The notes under the pieces are model-generated. The model ran no database searches. It saw only the letters and a list, made by a program, of their open reading frames with translations, and was not told the DNA's origin. This document shows, one piece after another, positions 40,601-51,952 of a DNA stretch of 64,000 nucleotides (position 1 is the first letter of the stretch; each line of letters opens with the position of its first letter). The stretch is taken from the NCBI GenBank assembly GCA_977862235.1, contig OZ374565.1, positions 1,922,001-1,986,000 on the forward strand, given 5' to 3'. The translations under genes and the position numbers were made by a program. This DNA comes from Dudresnaya verticillata. Taxonomy: Eukaryota.

Positions 40601-42170
40601 TCTGCCAGTAGCCTGAGTTGCAATCCAAGGTTGTAAAATATTGGGCCTCGCCCAGGGATTCCAAACACTCGTCCATGCGCGGCAGAGGATACGTATCCTT
40701 CACTGTAATCGCGTTCAGCTTGCGATAGTCAACGCAAAAGCGGAGGGATCCGTCGGGCTTTTTGACCAAAACGACGGGGCTCGCAGACTCAGAGCGTGCA
40801 GGCTCTATAACGCCTTCTTTGAGCATTTTGTCGACCTCATCCTGTTCTGATTGGCGGGCTTTAGGGCCCAACCGGTAAGGCTGCGTAAACACAGGTTTCG
40901 AACCTTCTTGAAGCTCAATACGGTGTTCGGTCACCTTGATGGTGCCGAGTTGTCCGTCCCACATACCGGCGAACGGTTTCAGCATCTTGCATTCGCGACG
41001 CCGATCCGAAGTGGACAGGTATGCCAGCGCGAGGTCATCGACCGTAATAGCGGTTGTCGCTGATGTCGCGGTTTTGATTCCAGGCTTAGAGTCTATATCC
41101 GTCTTCAGAGCAGCAGCAAGCCCCGCCCCCCATACATCGAAGAATGTTTCGGACGAGGGAAGCCAGTCACTTTCAGGAACATTATCCTCGATGGAGACAG
41201 TGTAGACCGGCGTCTGCGTGGGCGCCGGTACAGCCTTGCCAAGGCTTTGATTCTTGGAAAGCCGTTGAGGACGCGAAGAGACGTTCGCGACCTTGACGTG
41301 GAAGAGAGGGTTCTCTTGAATGTTGACGATTCCATTCGTCAAAACGACTTGACGGCGTTCGTATAAGCGTGGGAGGGATTCCAGGAAATGTGTTCCTTTG
41401 GCCGAACAGGTAACAGGAACCCATGACTCACTGCCGGGCAGTAAATTAGTAGTTTGTGCGACGCGAATGAGTCGCGAGGTAGGTAGCGGGGGAACGTCCA
41501 TTGGTTCGTCGGACCGGCCCTCACGAGGTATACCGCATCGGCGGCGTAGAATTGGGTGAATGGACCCGTCGCGAAGAACCATGTTCTGTTGGCGGACGCG
41601 TAACCCTTCCACGTGGGTATCGATAAACGTGCAACCCAATATTGCATCTACTGCCAATGCCCTTACGACAACAAAAGGTTGCCGGACCGTGTAGGACCCG
41701 AGCCTGATTATCAGGGAGACTGTTCCCAGTGTAGTTAGTCGGTGACTTGACGCGGAGGTCAAGTTCACAATTGACCGCGTTGTAGAAATCCGTTTCTTGT
41801 CTTTCGGTGATAGAACATCCGCGCGGATGAGATTAGGGCCCGCCCCTGTATCCAGTACGGAGAGCACACGAGTAAGATCGTTAACAGAAGTCCCGATGGA
41901 CGCAGCTACTTTATAATTGTAGCGCGATAAGGAGCAAACGGGATCCTTACAATACTCGTGATACTTTCGTCCAGGGGGTAAGCCCACGGGACGCGCTAGG
42001 ATCTTCTTGGGAAGAGAAGGGACAGATTACCTGAAAACCGGTCGATTCGTTGAGGAGAAGCTTTCGAAGCTGTAGCTCGAGGAGCTCGACTCAACGTACC
42101 GATCGGGGGGTTCCGATGTCACCTGAGATATGTGGTGTACCGAAACCGGTTCCCCCCTCGCTAGTTTTTC
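37630..42170 (-). pseudogene. pol: Element C pol (PR, RT, RNase H, INT, chromodomain)
   Basis: VLDTGAGPNLI, YLDD, VDTDAC, HHCC, SDNGSQF, YHPQTNGQTER, YERIVSY...YRVRW...DTWEP. In-frame stops at about 42027, 39498, 38430 and 37684; frameshift near 37890. Confidence 0.93.
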
Positions 42171-44853
42171 GCCTTAGTTGCGGGCGACCGCGGTAGCGGT
42201 GGAGGTGGTGGGAAGGGACGAGTCCCTTGGCGTGGTGACCTGGGCGTTTGCCTCCGAGCGTCGATGGGGTGGTTCAGTCGAGGTTGAAATTGAACCTGTC
42301 TATTTCCCCCTTGGCTTGCACCCAAATTTTGACGGGGCTCCATCCGTTGCCCCATGGGCGGCCCGGCGGGCACTCGCTCGTTAGCGAACTCCGGTAGTCG
42401 GCCAACGGTCGCCAGCCACGCTTTTTGCTCGTTTGATAGCTGATAAAACTGTCTTCTTTTTAAAGTCTCAAAAGACTGCTCATCGGTTCGAGCCAAATGT
42501 GGACAGTTGGGCTTTTTATGGCCAATGCCGTAGCATTCGAAGCAGATATCATTGGGTTGGTCTTCAATCGTTACCCACCCAGGGCGTTGAGTCCTGGTTG
42601 GCTGTGCCCAGGCTGGGAGCCTATTATTGTAGTTCTGCAGTACCGCGTCAACTTCAATGTGATACGGTTGGTCGTAGTAATACTGTCCTGTCGACCACGA
42701 GTCCGATTGGGTCGCGGTTGATGGTGGCGCTTCGTTAGCAATTGCGGCTGCGACTGCGTCTTCACTTTCAGCATCAGAGCCGCTGCTCTTTGAAGTATCC
42801 GAATCGAAGGCGGAGGCTTCCTTCGCCTGGCGAATTAGGAGCGCCCGCCCTGACTTGTGGGTACGAACCTTCTTTAAGGTCTTCCTTGGTAGCGTCCTAT
42901 TCGCTTTTGGCGTTCGTCCGCCACCCACTAGCGCCCGATGCAGGAATCACCCTGTGCAGTCGCAAGCTCGACGTAATCCGCCAGTCTGGCAGTCCTTGGG
43001 TCCAAGGACGACGTACTTAAAAGCGGTTTCACCGCTGGTAACAACCCCTGAATAAACCTGGTTATCAAGTCTTGTTCGGTGTACACCCCAGCGACTCGAC
43101 GCGCTTTGTTCTGCAACCTTCTCGAAAAGGTTACTTCGTCCTCATCCGGCTCCTGCGCCATAGTGTCCATCTCAGAGGCAATCCTATCAATATAGACGTC
43201 CTTGGCATATGTCCGAAGGAGGCAATTCACGGCTTCGGGCCATTCGGTGAAACCACCATTGTCGTCACCCGCAGCGTCAAAATTCGCTTCAAACATATCC
43301 TTCGCATCCTTCTCGAGAAACTCGGGGATGACGAGGATAGCGGCACCTTCGCTGATGTGGGCTTGATCGAGCTGCCTCTTCAGCGTGGCTAAGAAGCCAA
43401 TAATTGACACCGGGTCACTCCCGTCAAAACGGCGACTCCGCATAACGGACTTGACACGCTTGATTTTCTTCGTGGTCGCCTCGGTCACCTCGGGCCCGCG
43501 GTAATCATCCAGGTTCAATAACCTATACCTTCTATAGGACAACACCTGTATGAAAGCAGGGTTCCTAGGAGTCAGCTCCTTAACACCGGAGCGTCGGGGA
43601 CCCCTCCAGGAAGACCATGACGGTCTAGAATGCGAACGGGAACCCGGTCCTTCTTCATCCGATGGACCTGGATTAGGGTGAGACCCTGTCCGAGGATTTT
43701 CTTCGTGACGATGACTCGAATATCGGTCACGATGGGAATCCACTTGGTCGCGGCGCGCAGAAGACCCAATTGGTCTTTTGCACTGGCAACCCCGTTGGCA
43801 ACGGCCTCCATCCCCTTCACCTTGGGACCCACTGTCCGACCCCCTATGGGGTAGCCTCCTACGCCTGTCGCGCGTGCCGCGAGGCACCGGTGAGCGTCGT
43901 CTCATGACTTCAGGGATATTATCCCTCTCGCGGGTTACGCGCCGCATATGTAATTCCAGAAAAGCGACACGACGCTTCTCCTCATCGAGTTCTTTCGTTA
44001 GGAACTCGATGGCTCTGTCCTGTTCAACGCACCGTGCGTTGTCTACGTTAAATTGAACGTCCGCAATAGCCATTGCGACTTCTGTCCTGGAAAGGTCGGC
44101 AGCCTTCGTGGCTTCATCTAATTCAAGATGAACCGATTCCAACTGGTCCCCCATTGAGTCCACTTGGGCTTGTAGGGTCTCGACCCTTTCCTCTTCTAAA
44201 CCCCTCAAGGGGCGTTTTTGGCAACGAGAAATGACCATTTCTTGGCACTTAACCAGTAACTGGTCGTCTCGACGAGCGGTGGCGTCGTCGAAATAGCGTC
44301 TCACCCGTGTGAGGGTTTCGTCCGCCTGGCTTTCAAGCAGCGCCAATACGCTAGTTCCGAGAGCATTCTCGATGCCGGTCTCAACCAAGTGACCAATTTC
44401 ACGTTCCGTAAAGCACCGTTGGTCGCTTGAGTTTGCCTTCGTTCTCATCGGCATTCCGATATCGGGTGGAAGCGATGAAGTCGTTTCTTCTTCTAAGGCC
44501 AGTCCGCCTGTGTCGTGCTGGCTGTAACCAGCTCGAAACATCTGCGGTGGCGGCATACTAGGGTCCGGACCCTCATTCGCACCGATGTTGGCGGTGCATG
44601 CGGCTGCAGTCCGGGCCGTATTTTCTCCTTCAGGGATCTGTCCCTTTCCATGGGCAGACGGGTCTTCGTCTCCTGGTGCGCCTGCCATTCGGGGCGGGCG
44701 TTCCACTTCTCCTACTGTAGGACCTCGAGCCAAAGCGGCTATTACAGCCCGGGTTCTTGCTTCCGTGGTCCTCACGGAGGATAAGCTGCCGGTACGGCTA
44801 CCACCCCGGCTTGTTAAGCCTGGGCGGGTGGTGTCACCGTTAGATGTCGGCAT
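42161..44853 (-). pseudogene. gag: Element C gag (frameshift near 42930)
   Basis: VLSYRRYRL, FDGSDPVSI and CFECYGIGHKKPNC knuckle; long N-terminal extension; ends KAKN*. Confidence 0.88.
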
Positions 44854-45340
44854 CTTCTAAACGAGGTTGTTATCGACAACCTTTAAAACGTAGGATTCGG
44901 TCCTGTGGTTGCACTAATCGGGGAACTTCTCCCTAGGATGGCAAACTTCTCAGAACCATAGTTCTCGGGGTTACGGGCGATTCTGTCCGCGTGGAACTCC
45001 CAGCGCGCGCGCCCGCATAGCCCGTATACAGACGTATTTTTTTATGACAGGTATTACGATAACCTGCAGGAAGAGTTCCTTGAAGGGGCGTCACTCCACG
45101 ACCCGGATCTTGTTCCTTGTACACGATTAAAAACCGCAGAAGCGGTGGCCGTTGCTTGCCTCGAATTTGACGCAACTTCGAAGCTTGATATGAAGCTGAG
45201 AAACCGCCGACACTTGGCCGACTAGGATTTCACCCTCAGGAAGTAGTTCCTTGGATTCTTGCACGGGGAATTCTCGTCCCGTGGGAAGGTCCGAACGACG
45301 ACTTGTGGATGAGGCAGTAAAAAGGGGCCGACCCTGAAAA

Positions 45341-45361
45341 CGATTCTAGGTCGGGAGACCA
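45341..45361 (-). promoter_or_regulatory. Primer binding site (tRNA-Tyr-like) of element C
   Basis: TGGTCTCCCGACCTAGAATCG, 1 nt from the LTR. The complement fits tRNA positions 56-76 (CGATTC T-loop end, G72, A73, CCA). Confidence 0.85.
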
Positions 45362-45362
45362 C

Positions 45363-46941
45363 TGTAGTAGTATGGCCCGTTAAGGCAGAAACCCGCCAAC
45401 CGGCAAGGACAGCTGTCCTGACGGTGCACAACACACTAGCTTAGGTAGCTCGGGAAAAAGGGTTGGTAGAGACTTTGAGAGGCACAGAGCCTAAGGGAAA
45501 AGGGGGAAAAGGGAAAAGGGGGAAAAGGGGCGGCGCCACCCAGCTCGCACAGAGCAACCGTCGTGTGGAGGCAAGGCTCGTAAAGCACCTGAAAGGGAGG
45601 TTACGGTGAGTCCGTGAATTCCAGGAAAAGGGTAAAGACCCGAAACCCACCGTGGGTTCTATTAAGGAGGCCCCTGCTACTCAGGGGCCTATTAAGTATA
45701 CAGAGCCGAAAATGCTCTTACCTCCTATGAGCTATTCTAAGCTATTCTAACTGTCATTATTAATCTAATTATACTGTTGTCAGTTATAAATACGGATTAG
45801 TGGTAGTACCGCTTCGGGACGCGTGAGCGGCCACAATAAATTACCCAATGGCAATTTGCCATCAATTTTGGTGCCAGCAGGGACGCCTGTAGTGCAAACG
45901 TCGTCGACGGAGCACCGCCGAGCAGTTCGGGGCTCGGTGGGTAGCGACGCCTGCGGCGGTGAGTGGCCTCGCCGTGGGCGTCTGGTGGTAGAGCGATTGA
46001 CTCGCCTTGGGCGGACTGTAAACGCCCTTGGCGGAAAAGAAGAACAAAAGAAAACAGAGAGGGAACACGTCAAGGACGGGTAGAGACGTGGAAGCACGCA
46101 GGTAGACGCTTAGCCGTAGGCAGCGGGTAGGTACGCGCGTACTGAACGGGGAAATCTGGACCAAGGCCGGCTTGCCGGGGTTTACTGTGACGTCTCAGAC
46201 GGATCAACTAAGTACAGGGTTACCTAGCGGCAGCGACGCGGATGTACGCGTGACGCGGGAACTCGGGACACGTGTTGTCCCGAGGCGCGTCTGACAGATC
46301 CGTGTCGTCATGCAGCCGCGCTCCTGATCGATCGCGCGTAGCTCCCCTGCTCGAGTCCTTACACCTACACGTGGAATACTTCCTTACAGCCGCATGCGCC
46401 TCATGGCGCGTGCGATCTTGATTCACGCCAATCCCGATCCAGTCCGGATTCGGGCCAGCGATGCGGATGCGCCAGACTTACAGACGCGGGCCTTACACTT
46501 CGTAATCCCGATGTCGGATCCCGATGTGGGATCCCGATTGGATCCGGATTCGGGCCAGGCTTACAGCGAACGTTCCTGCCACTGCGCCACGCGCGCACGC
46601 GTGGCGCCGTACAGTGCCCCGGGTCCAGGCGTGCGGTCTGCACGCCAAGCGAGCCGTTCTGGCCCGAGTGGCCAGCGACATGCGTCGGTGACGTGTTTGC
46701 GCCGCGGGCGGGTTGAGCGCGCCGTTGGCGGTCGTCCGTCGGTAGACGCTTCATATCAACCCGCTTGAAAGCGAAAATGGGGGACCCCCCTGACACTACA
46801 ACGCCAGCGGGGCGCATCATCCTTACAGCGCATGGTGCTTGTGCGCGCCTTACAGCTTGATGCGCGTGGGCTTCTTACACCTTAATGCGCACAAATGACT
46901 TACAGTGCGCCAGCACTTCTGCTGCGGCTCCTTCTTCCACA
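45363..46941 (-). repeat. Element C 5' LTR, interrupted by solo LTR B
   Basis: Matches 32751-33411 once 45888-46805 is removed. Confidence 0.95.
45888..46800 (-). mobile_element. Solo LTR B (913 bp, D/E-related family)
   Basis: TGTAGT...ACTACA termini; TSD ACGCC at 45883-45887 and 46801-46805; empty site at 33271-33275. Confidence 0.95.
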
Positions 46942-47549
46942 CTCAGACGTTCGCACCACACCGCACACGCCTCATGGTGCGTGCGATCTCGATCTGTACT
47001 AATCCCGATCCAATCTGGATTCGGGCCAGCCATGCGGATGCGTCAGGCTTACAGGCGCGTGCCTAAAACCCGTTAATCCCGATGTCTGATCCCGATGTGG
47101 GATCCCGATTGGATCCGGATCTGGACCACGCTTACAGCGAACGTTCCCACCACTGCACCATGCGCGCACGTGTGGCGGCATACAGTGTTCCGGGTTCGAG
47201 CGTGCGGTCTGCACGCCAAACGAGCGGTTCTGGCTCGGGTGGCCAGCGGTATGCGTCGGTGACGTGTTTGCGCCGCGGGCGGGTTGAGCGCGCCGTTGGC
47301 GGTCGCCCGTCGGTAGACGCGGAATATCAACCCGTTTGAAAGCGAAAAAGGGGACCCCCTGGCACTACAGTCCCCCTTTTCCTTCTCCATTTTTCCTGGC
47401 CGAGCGCCATACTACAAAGCCTCTAGCACAAACGAGCTACCCGTGAGCACGACAGTTCCGGACAGGCGTCCTTTGTCCTCTTTGCTCTTCCTGGGCTGGA
47501 CCCGTTGTGCTACACCGATGGTACGTTTTAGGCTGTTAACGCGTATCAT

Positions 47550-48800
47550 GTTGACAAACAGAAGAAAGCAGTACGTAGAGCAACTAAATGCGATCGAAAA
47601 TAGTACTTTCCGCTCTATGAACAGTTCTATTGGGTGGCTAGGGATCTATATTTCTCCGTTCTGTCCACACGTTATGTGCATTCTACGCAAGGTATTTGCA
47701 GCAAAAACATCCCACTCCAACGGTTGGTGGTATTGTAACACAGATAAACTCGCTTCGTCTACTACAGAAGTTGAGCACGATAATCAAATATTACCGCCCC
47801 ACTGACAGCAGTTCTTATGAGCTCTCTGTTGTTGTTTTCTATGATGTCAGCCGCTCCGAAGACTATGGACAACTTGGATATTTGCCAGGATTGCTGCTAG
47901 GGAAATTTGAGCTTGGCTCCATATTACATATCCTATCATGGTCATCCCATAAGTCAATAAGGCCTGTTAAGTCTATTGGAGCTGCTGAAAATCTTGCTGC
48001 CGGTGAAGACATTGATGAAGGCAAGCTTTTATGCAAAGCTATCAGTGTTGTGAAACATAGGGGGGAGAAGCGTTTCTTCTCCTGTAGATGTAACTGATTA
48101 GGGCAGAGTCCTGCCAGAGACGAACGTGCGCACAAGCGCGTGTGGAGTCCCACGGTTGACTGTTTACTGAGTAGTTATTGAGTGTGTGTGTGTGTTCGAG
48201 TATGTGAACACTGCATCACGCTAGCCCTTAAATACTGCGGAGAACTAAAGGGATAGAACTACGAACAGTATGTGGTATAGGTTGCGGGATAATTGCAACT
48301 AACACTCTCAGCTAGAGAACGACACGCCCGCTTTGTTCCACGAACAATTGCAACGCCCTAGTCATCTATTGCGGACGTGGACAAACTAATTCGTACGGGT
48401 TGACGAATGACATCGAAATGCTATAAGGGTGGCTTAAGCACGAGCACAGTTCCGTTAACAATCAGTGTACTACTTGATATGCAGATCGACCTGAATATTG
48501 TGGTCGATTCCAAAGATTTATTCACCACATTGTCAACTTGTCGCAATTCGATTGACAGATCCGTTTCGAGCTGATATTAATGTTATCAGATACGAGTTCG
48601 AAACCCAAACCATCACCCGCATGGTCTGGGTTCCAGGAAAGATCAACTTAACTGACCCTCTGACCAAGACCAATAGTCCTCTTACCCAGGCTCGACAACT
48701 AACAATGTTTTCCAGCACACTTTCTATTGATCTGGATGACGTAATTACAAGACAATCAAACCAGATCACTGGTCGATTCCCTTTACAGAAAGAGAGATGA
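47550..48800 (+). pseudogene. Ty1/Copia RT C-terminus and RNase H remnant
   Basis: SIGWLG, LSWSSHKSIRPVKSIGAAE, IVVDSKDLF, WVPGKINLTDPLTK; purine tract near 48785-48801. Confidence 0.85.
48046..48460. mobile_element. Solo LTR (415 bp) in Copia RNase H
   Basis: TGTT...AACA termini and TSD ATCAG. Removing it restores KLLCKAIS-VLLDMQIDLNIVVDSK. Confidence 0.92.
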
Positions 48801-49191
48801 GTATGGATCTTTGAATCAGTCATGAACGGCTGTATTCATATTGTGTGATAATGAATCACATTGACTAATGATACCATTGTTTACCGGTCGCTATCAAGAC
48901 CTTTAGGTCGTTCTAGTTTGCTAGATGTACCTGTCACTGCCTGTCACATTGATTGATAACCAGACATTCAAGAACTCCACTGTCTTTTGCTAAAAACTAT
49001 CTACTGGTTTATCGTTCTTCTCTTAAAACCGCTTGCACATCAACTGCTCGAGCCAAAGGGAGCATACATTTCTCCACAGGAAAGACTGACTCAGTAACTA
49101 AGAAGATAAAACCTATCTAATCTTGGGATAACATTTGATGTTAGCAGAGGATGAATGAGCATGTCTCTTCATCGCAGAAAACGATTCGAGT

Positions 49192-49812
49192 CTAATTCTT
49201 GGTTAGCAAGCCCTTCATAATAGTAAGCTCTCTGAGCTGCCCGATGAAGAAATCGCTCTGGCCATCAGCCTTGTAGCCGACCTCGTGGACCTGAGACCCA
49301 TTTACTTGAATATCCAACTCATCCCCGGCGTGCGGAAGCCGATTAGCAGAAGCAACAAGAATACCATCAACTAAGATGCTTAACATAGCCGAATCCCTAT
49401 CCCACGTGACGGACACGTGTTTCCAAGTACCAGGCGAAATGACGCCGCCCTCACAAGTAGCGAGGTCCTGTTCAGGGTCATTGCCTGAAGAATCAATGTT
49501 CCGGCGGAGATCCGCTCGGACGGTGTATTCGGCGCCACGCATGACAAGGTAGATCATGAAAGACCAGATAGGCTTCCAGTTGGCGTACAAAACCATTCTG
49601 CCTCTACCGGCAACCATAGGGCGAACCCAGATGCCAATTGTAAAGGTAACCCTCTCAATCGGCGTTGCCGGGACTGTTACAAAGCCTCCCTCAGACATGC
49701 TGATGGCGGGTGGGAGGGATACCCATTCGGCATTACCACTGAGATTCGTGTTTTCGTCTTCAGGGGCATCGGGACCTATGAGGTACTTGGCGAGGATCTC
49801 GGATTTTGTCAT
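49192..49812 (-). CDS. Concanavalin A-like lectin / laminin G-3 domain protein (206 aa)
   Basis: FTIGIWVRP, GTWKHVSVTWD, ILVDGILV and FIGQLRELTI motifs. ATG at 49812; no clear signal peptide. Confidence 0.8.
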   Translation of the reverse strand: MTKSEILAKYLIGPDAPEDENTNLSGNAEWVSLPPAISMSEGGFVTVPATPIERVTFTIGIWVRPMVAGRGRMVLYANWKPIWSFMIYLVMRGAEYTVRADLRRNIDSSGNDPEQDLATCEGGVISPGTWKHVSVTWDRDSAMLSILVDGILVASANRLPHAGDELDIQVNGSQVHEVGYKADGQSDFFIGQLRELTIMKGLLTKN

Positions 49813-51259
49813 TGTTAGTGCCGATGGTTTGCTTAAGAGACCACGATACAGTTCCAAGGAGGTAGGAGCTGCGGAGTAGAGATGACTGTTTTGAAGGAGT
49901 GGGAAAGTGAGGGAGAGGGACTGGTCGGCCCTTTAGTACAATGGCGCAACAGAAAGATGCCAACATAAGGCTACCTTTAATACCACTTGATAGCCACCTG
50001 GACGGCCTAACACGTACTCCCGCAACTACTGCAGATGTCTGTTATCAATTGCTTTGCTGTTGATGTAATATGGACTGTTTTCCAGTGTGAAAGATACAAT
50101 ATCTCAGATCCAACACTTTAAGTTGTTGCCCGCCATGTTCGAAACAGTGCTTATTAAGTCCTGTAATGGGTTTACTCTCAGCTTTGCAAATATATGGAGA
50201 TTTGCTTCAAAGTTTCGGATATCGCTATGGAATGCTCTGTTTAACTGCAATCACAGACGGTTCTTGTTATTGCGATTAAAGGGAAGCTTGCTATTGTGCA
50301 CCGCACACCAGGACCCTATCTCCATTGCTTTTGGTCAATCTATTTAGAAAGCCTGCAGTGCGCGCTCACGCTTGTCACAACGCTGATGCGAATGTACTGT
50401 TCTGTAGTTAAAATACATTCTTTGGAGCTTAATGACTAATCTGAAGGGCAAATGACCATTAAGAAGAACCCAATCGGAAAAGTTGCAGAGCTATCGATAC
50501 CACACTCGATAAGTGAAAAGACACCGTTTCGAAATCTCAGTTACAGCTGTCTACCTCTTCGTTGATCTTACCAATGCTATCTTCTTTTGCAACCGATCTC
50601 GACATATCTTCAGCCTTCACTGCCTTGCGCCCACTCTTCGTCTACGGTACTGCCTTTCCGTCCCTCGTTTGTATTTTAATTTAGGGATTATCCGACGAAG
50701 CCGAAGGCGGCGACACACCCAGCGATTTGAATATCTGAGGCGTGCGATCGGATAATACCACAGGCGGCGTCTGAGATGCGGCATCGTGAGGGAGGCCATG
50801 CGAGCATATAACAGTGCCAAAAAAGCAGAGGCACCCATCCGCGGAAGTGCTGGCTGAAAGTCCTGAGAAACCCAGTCCGATAGGCAGCGGAAGATTCAGT
50901 GTCCTTTTGAGCAGGGGTGTCCGATTCACGTGTTCTTTGCTGCCGATTCCTGAAACAATTCCGCTCACGACCTCCAATGCCCTGATCCCGACCATCATCT
51001 TCATAGCCTCCAGTCCACTCAGCTTCCGGCGCGACCATTCACAACCATGCACATGAAATCTTAAACAACAAAGGACTTTATCAGACCGACCGACCGAGTT
51101 TAATACATGAGCAACTAACTGTGATGCAGCCCAAATTTCTCCAACAGATTATGTCCTTAAGAGCATCTGCGCTCAATGAAGTATCCAAACATATCCCCAC
51201 CACTACTCATACTCACGCCGTTCTAACGAAATCATTGGATTCTTATCTCGCCTCAGTTT

Positions 51260-51952
51260 CTAACATTCCATCTGGTGAGCAGACACAAACTCGGCCATTG
51301 CTAACGCCTCCGCAGCAAGCGCAGCTCCGACACCAGGGCACCAGATAGCAGCAGTGAATGGAACGGCACAACAGGCAGCAGATGCTGCGGTCACAGCTAC
51401 GGCAGCTATCAAATTATTCTTAGCCTCAGTGATAGCATTTTGCTTCTCAACACAGACCTCAACTCTGGCCGAAGCTGGCAGCTTGGGCCTAGAACCTTCG
51501 AAAGAACTTTTCAGGCACTCTGCAGCATGTCTTGCTTCACGAGCCGTAGCTTTCTCGTCGAAGAAAGTCATCAAGACGGATCCATTGCACTTTGTCCGCT
51601 TCATCAATTGCGAGGACCCTGGAGATTCCGTGAATACCTTTTTGAGCCTCTTGAGCTGGGCCATTGCTTCTTCCTTCTGCAAGGGTTTGGTGCACTTAAG
51701 CCAGTGCCTGAATTCCTCTGGCCTTACTCGCTTTACCCAGAGTTTCATTTGCTCGTCGTCAAGACCGGAGATAGCCCGACGTACGGCCCTCCCAGGGTAA
51801 CGACATTTACCGTTCATACGAAGGACGCTTCCCTCGGTTATACCTGCAGTGATAGGGACCTTGGAGGCTGCACCAGTCACTGTAGCATCTACGAAATTCT
51901 GGCAGATGACAAGAAGAACGACAGCAGCGCTTACGTGGTAGAAGATCTTCAT
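51260..51952 (-). CDS. Secreted Cys/Ala-rich precursor, 230 aa, copy 1
   Basis: Signal peptide MKIFYHVSAAVVLLVICQNFVDA; intact in all three copies; hydrophobic Cys-containing C-terminus. Confidence 0.82.
   Translation of the reverse strand: MKIFYHVSAAVVLLVICQNFVDATVTGAASKVPITAGITEGSVLRMNGKCRYPGRAVRRAISGLDDEQMKLWVKRVRPEEFRHWLKCTKPLQKEEAMAQLKRLKKVFTESPGSSQLMKRTKCNGSVLMTFFDEKATAREARHAAECLKSSFEGSRPKLPASARVEVCVEKQNAITEAKNNLIAAVAVTAASAACCAVPFTAAIWCPGVGAALAAEALAMAEFVSAHQMEC

Larger units (their letters stand above)
32751..46941 (-). mobile_element. Element C: full-length Gypsy chromodomain retrotransposon with antisense extra ORF, inserted in the 3' LTR of D
   Basis: TSD CTCAG at 32746-32750 and 46942-46946. 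661-bp LTRs (32751-33411; 45363-46941 minus insertion B) differ at about 6 sites. PBS 45341-45361; PPT near 33412-33424. Confidence 0.95.
20290..46960 (+). mobile_element. Element D: Gypsy chromodomain retrotransposon with antisense extra ORF, inserted in the LTR of E
   Basis: TSD CCGCA at 20285-20289 and 46961-46965; termini TGTGGTG...CACCACA. Partial 5' LTR 20290-20620; 3' LTR 31864-32750 + 46947-46960; PPT GGAGGGGG before 31864. Confidence 0.93.
16919..47369 (-). mobile_element. Element E: Gypsy element truncated in the protease region; its LTR (19791-20289 + 46966-47369) hosts elements D, C and B
   Basis: gag homologous to D; PBS at 19771-19788. The LTR halves rejoin across the CCGCA TSD and align to uninterrupted solo LTR B. 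Confidence 0.85.

Noticed and set aside
45341..45361. tRNA gene
   Set aside because: Only the 3' 21 nt including CCA are present; this is a PBS.
49192..49857. Circular permutation of the LamG domain (GLLSK upstream versus GLLTK at the end)
   Set aside because: The match is too short, and ILAKY fits the normal first strand.
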